From Heptranchias perlo (Eukaryota): a stretch of DNA of 64,000 nt. The position numbers and the translations under genes are program-made. The stretch lies in NCBI RefSeq assembly GCF_035084215.1, contig NC_090340.1, positions 4,216,001-4,280,000 of the forward strand, given 5' to 3'. Within the stretch, counting starts at the first letter, position 1; the number at the start of each line of letters is the position of its first letter. Of this stretch, positions 62,889 through 64,000 are shown piece after piece. Under the pieces are notes generated by a model. That model made no database searches and was not told the origin of the DNA. It was given only the letters and a program-made list of their open reading frames with translations.

Positions 62889-64000
62889 ATAGGAACATAG
62901 GAATATAGGAACAGGAGTCGGCCATTTAGCCGCTCGAGTCTGCTCCGCCATTTGATAAGATCATGGCTGATCTGTGATCTAACTCCATATATCTGCCTTT
63001 GGCACATATCCCTTAATACCTTTGGTTGCCAAAAAGCTATCCATCTCAGATTTAAATTTAGCAATTGAGCTAGCATCAATTGCCGTTTGCGGAAGAAAGT
63101 CCGAACTTCTACCACTCATTGTGTGTAGAAATGTTTTCTATTCTCGCTCCTGAAAGGTCTGGCTCTAATTTTTAGAACGTGCCCCCGACTCCGAGAATCC
63201 CCAACCAGCGGAAATAGTTTCTCTCTATCAACCCTATCTGTCCCCCTTAATATCTTATAAACTTCGATCAGATCACCCCTTAACTTTCTAAAATCTGGAG
63301 AATACAACCCCAATTTGTGCAATCTCTCCTCGTAACTTAACCCTTGAAGTCCGGGTATCATTCCAATAAACTTATGCTGCACTCCCTCCAAGGCCAATAT
63401 GTCCTTCCGAAGGTGTGTGCTAGAACTGCTCACAGTACTCCAGGTGCGGTCTAACCAGGTTTTTGTATAGCTGCAGCATAACTTCTGCCTCCTTGTACTC
63501 TAGTCCTCTAGATATAAAGGCAAGTATTCCATTAGCCTTATTGATTATTTTCTGCACCTGTTCATGACACTTCAATGATCTATGTACCTGAACCCCTAAG
63601 TCCCTTTGGACATCCACAGTTTTTAACTTTTTACCATTTAGAAACTACCCTGTTCTATCCTTTTTTGATCAAAAGTGGATGACCTCACATTTGCCTACAT
63701 TGAATTCCATTTGCCACAGTTTTGCCCATTCACCTAATCTATCAATATCCCTTTGTAATGTTGTGTTTTCATCTACACTGCTTATAATGCCACCAATCTA
63801 TGTGTCATCGGCAAACTTAGATATGAGACTTTCTATGCCTTCATCTAAGTCGTTAATAAACATTGCGAATAATTGAGGCCGTAAGACAGATCCCTGCGGG
63901 ACTCCACAAGTCACATCCTGCCAATGTTAGAACCTAGCCGTTATCCCGACTCTCTGTCACCTTTCGCTCAGCCAACTTGCTAACCAAGTCGGTACTTTTC
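62889..64000 (-). mobile_element. CR1 3' portion nested in or next to the previous copy, running off the window
   Basis: Tail (ataggaac)n on the plus strand; RPHLEYCEQF, KLRGDLIEVYK, FADDT. Confidence 0.9.

Overview
Repeat-dense vertebrate genomic DNA, most likely from a cartilaginous fish (inferred from CR1 LINEs, SacSINE1/DeuSINE-like SINEs and a 67-bp minisatellite). Most of the window is nested retroelement debris: many CR1 copies (one nearly intact, 18.9-23.8 kb, minus strand), a single-ORF APE-RT LINE family, L2 fragments, SINEs and hairpin MITEs. Three things stand out. (1) A pol-less LTR retroelement on the minus strand (13729-29600) has paired LTRs, a tRNA-Leu PBS and a PPT. Once the nested LINEs are removed, its interior is a decayed chimeric ORF containing intronless pieces resembling host DNAJC9, a non-muscle/smooth myosin II rod and NuMA. 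(2) A decayed ERV-like element (35.2-41.3 kb, plus strand) has a tRNA-Lys PBS, RNase H, integrase and a signal-peptide/Ig-like third ORF. (3) Part of a minus-strand SIRP-like Ig receptor cluster is present: two intact cytoplasmic exons with four tyrosine motifs (59.9-60.4 kb) and a downstream pseudogene (C1 exon about 42 kb, TM exon about 34.9 kb). All homology calls come from manual translation and recalled sequences; no searches were run, and repeat boundaries are approximate.
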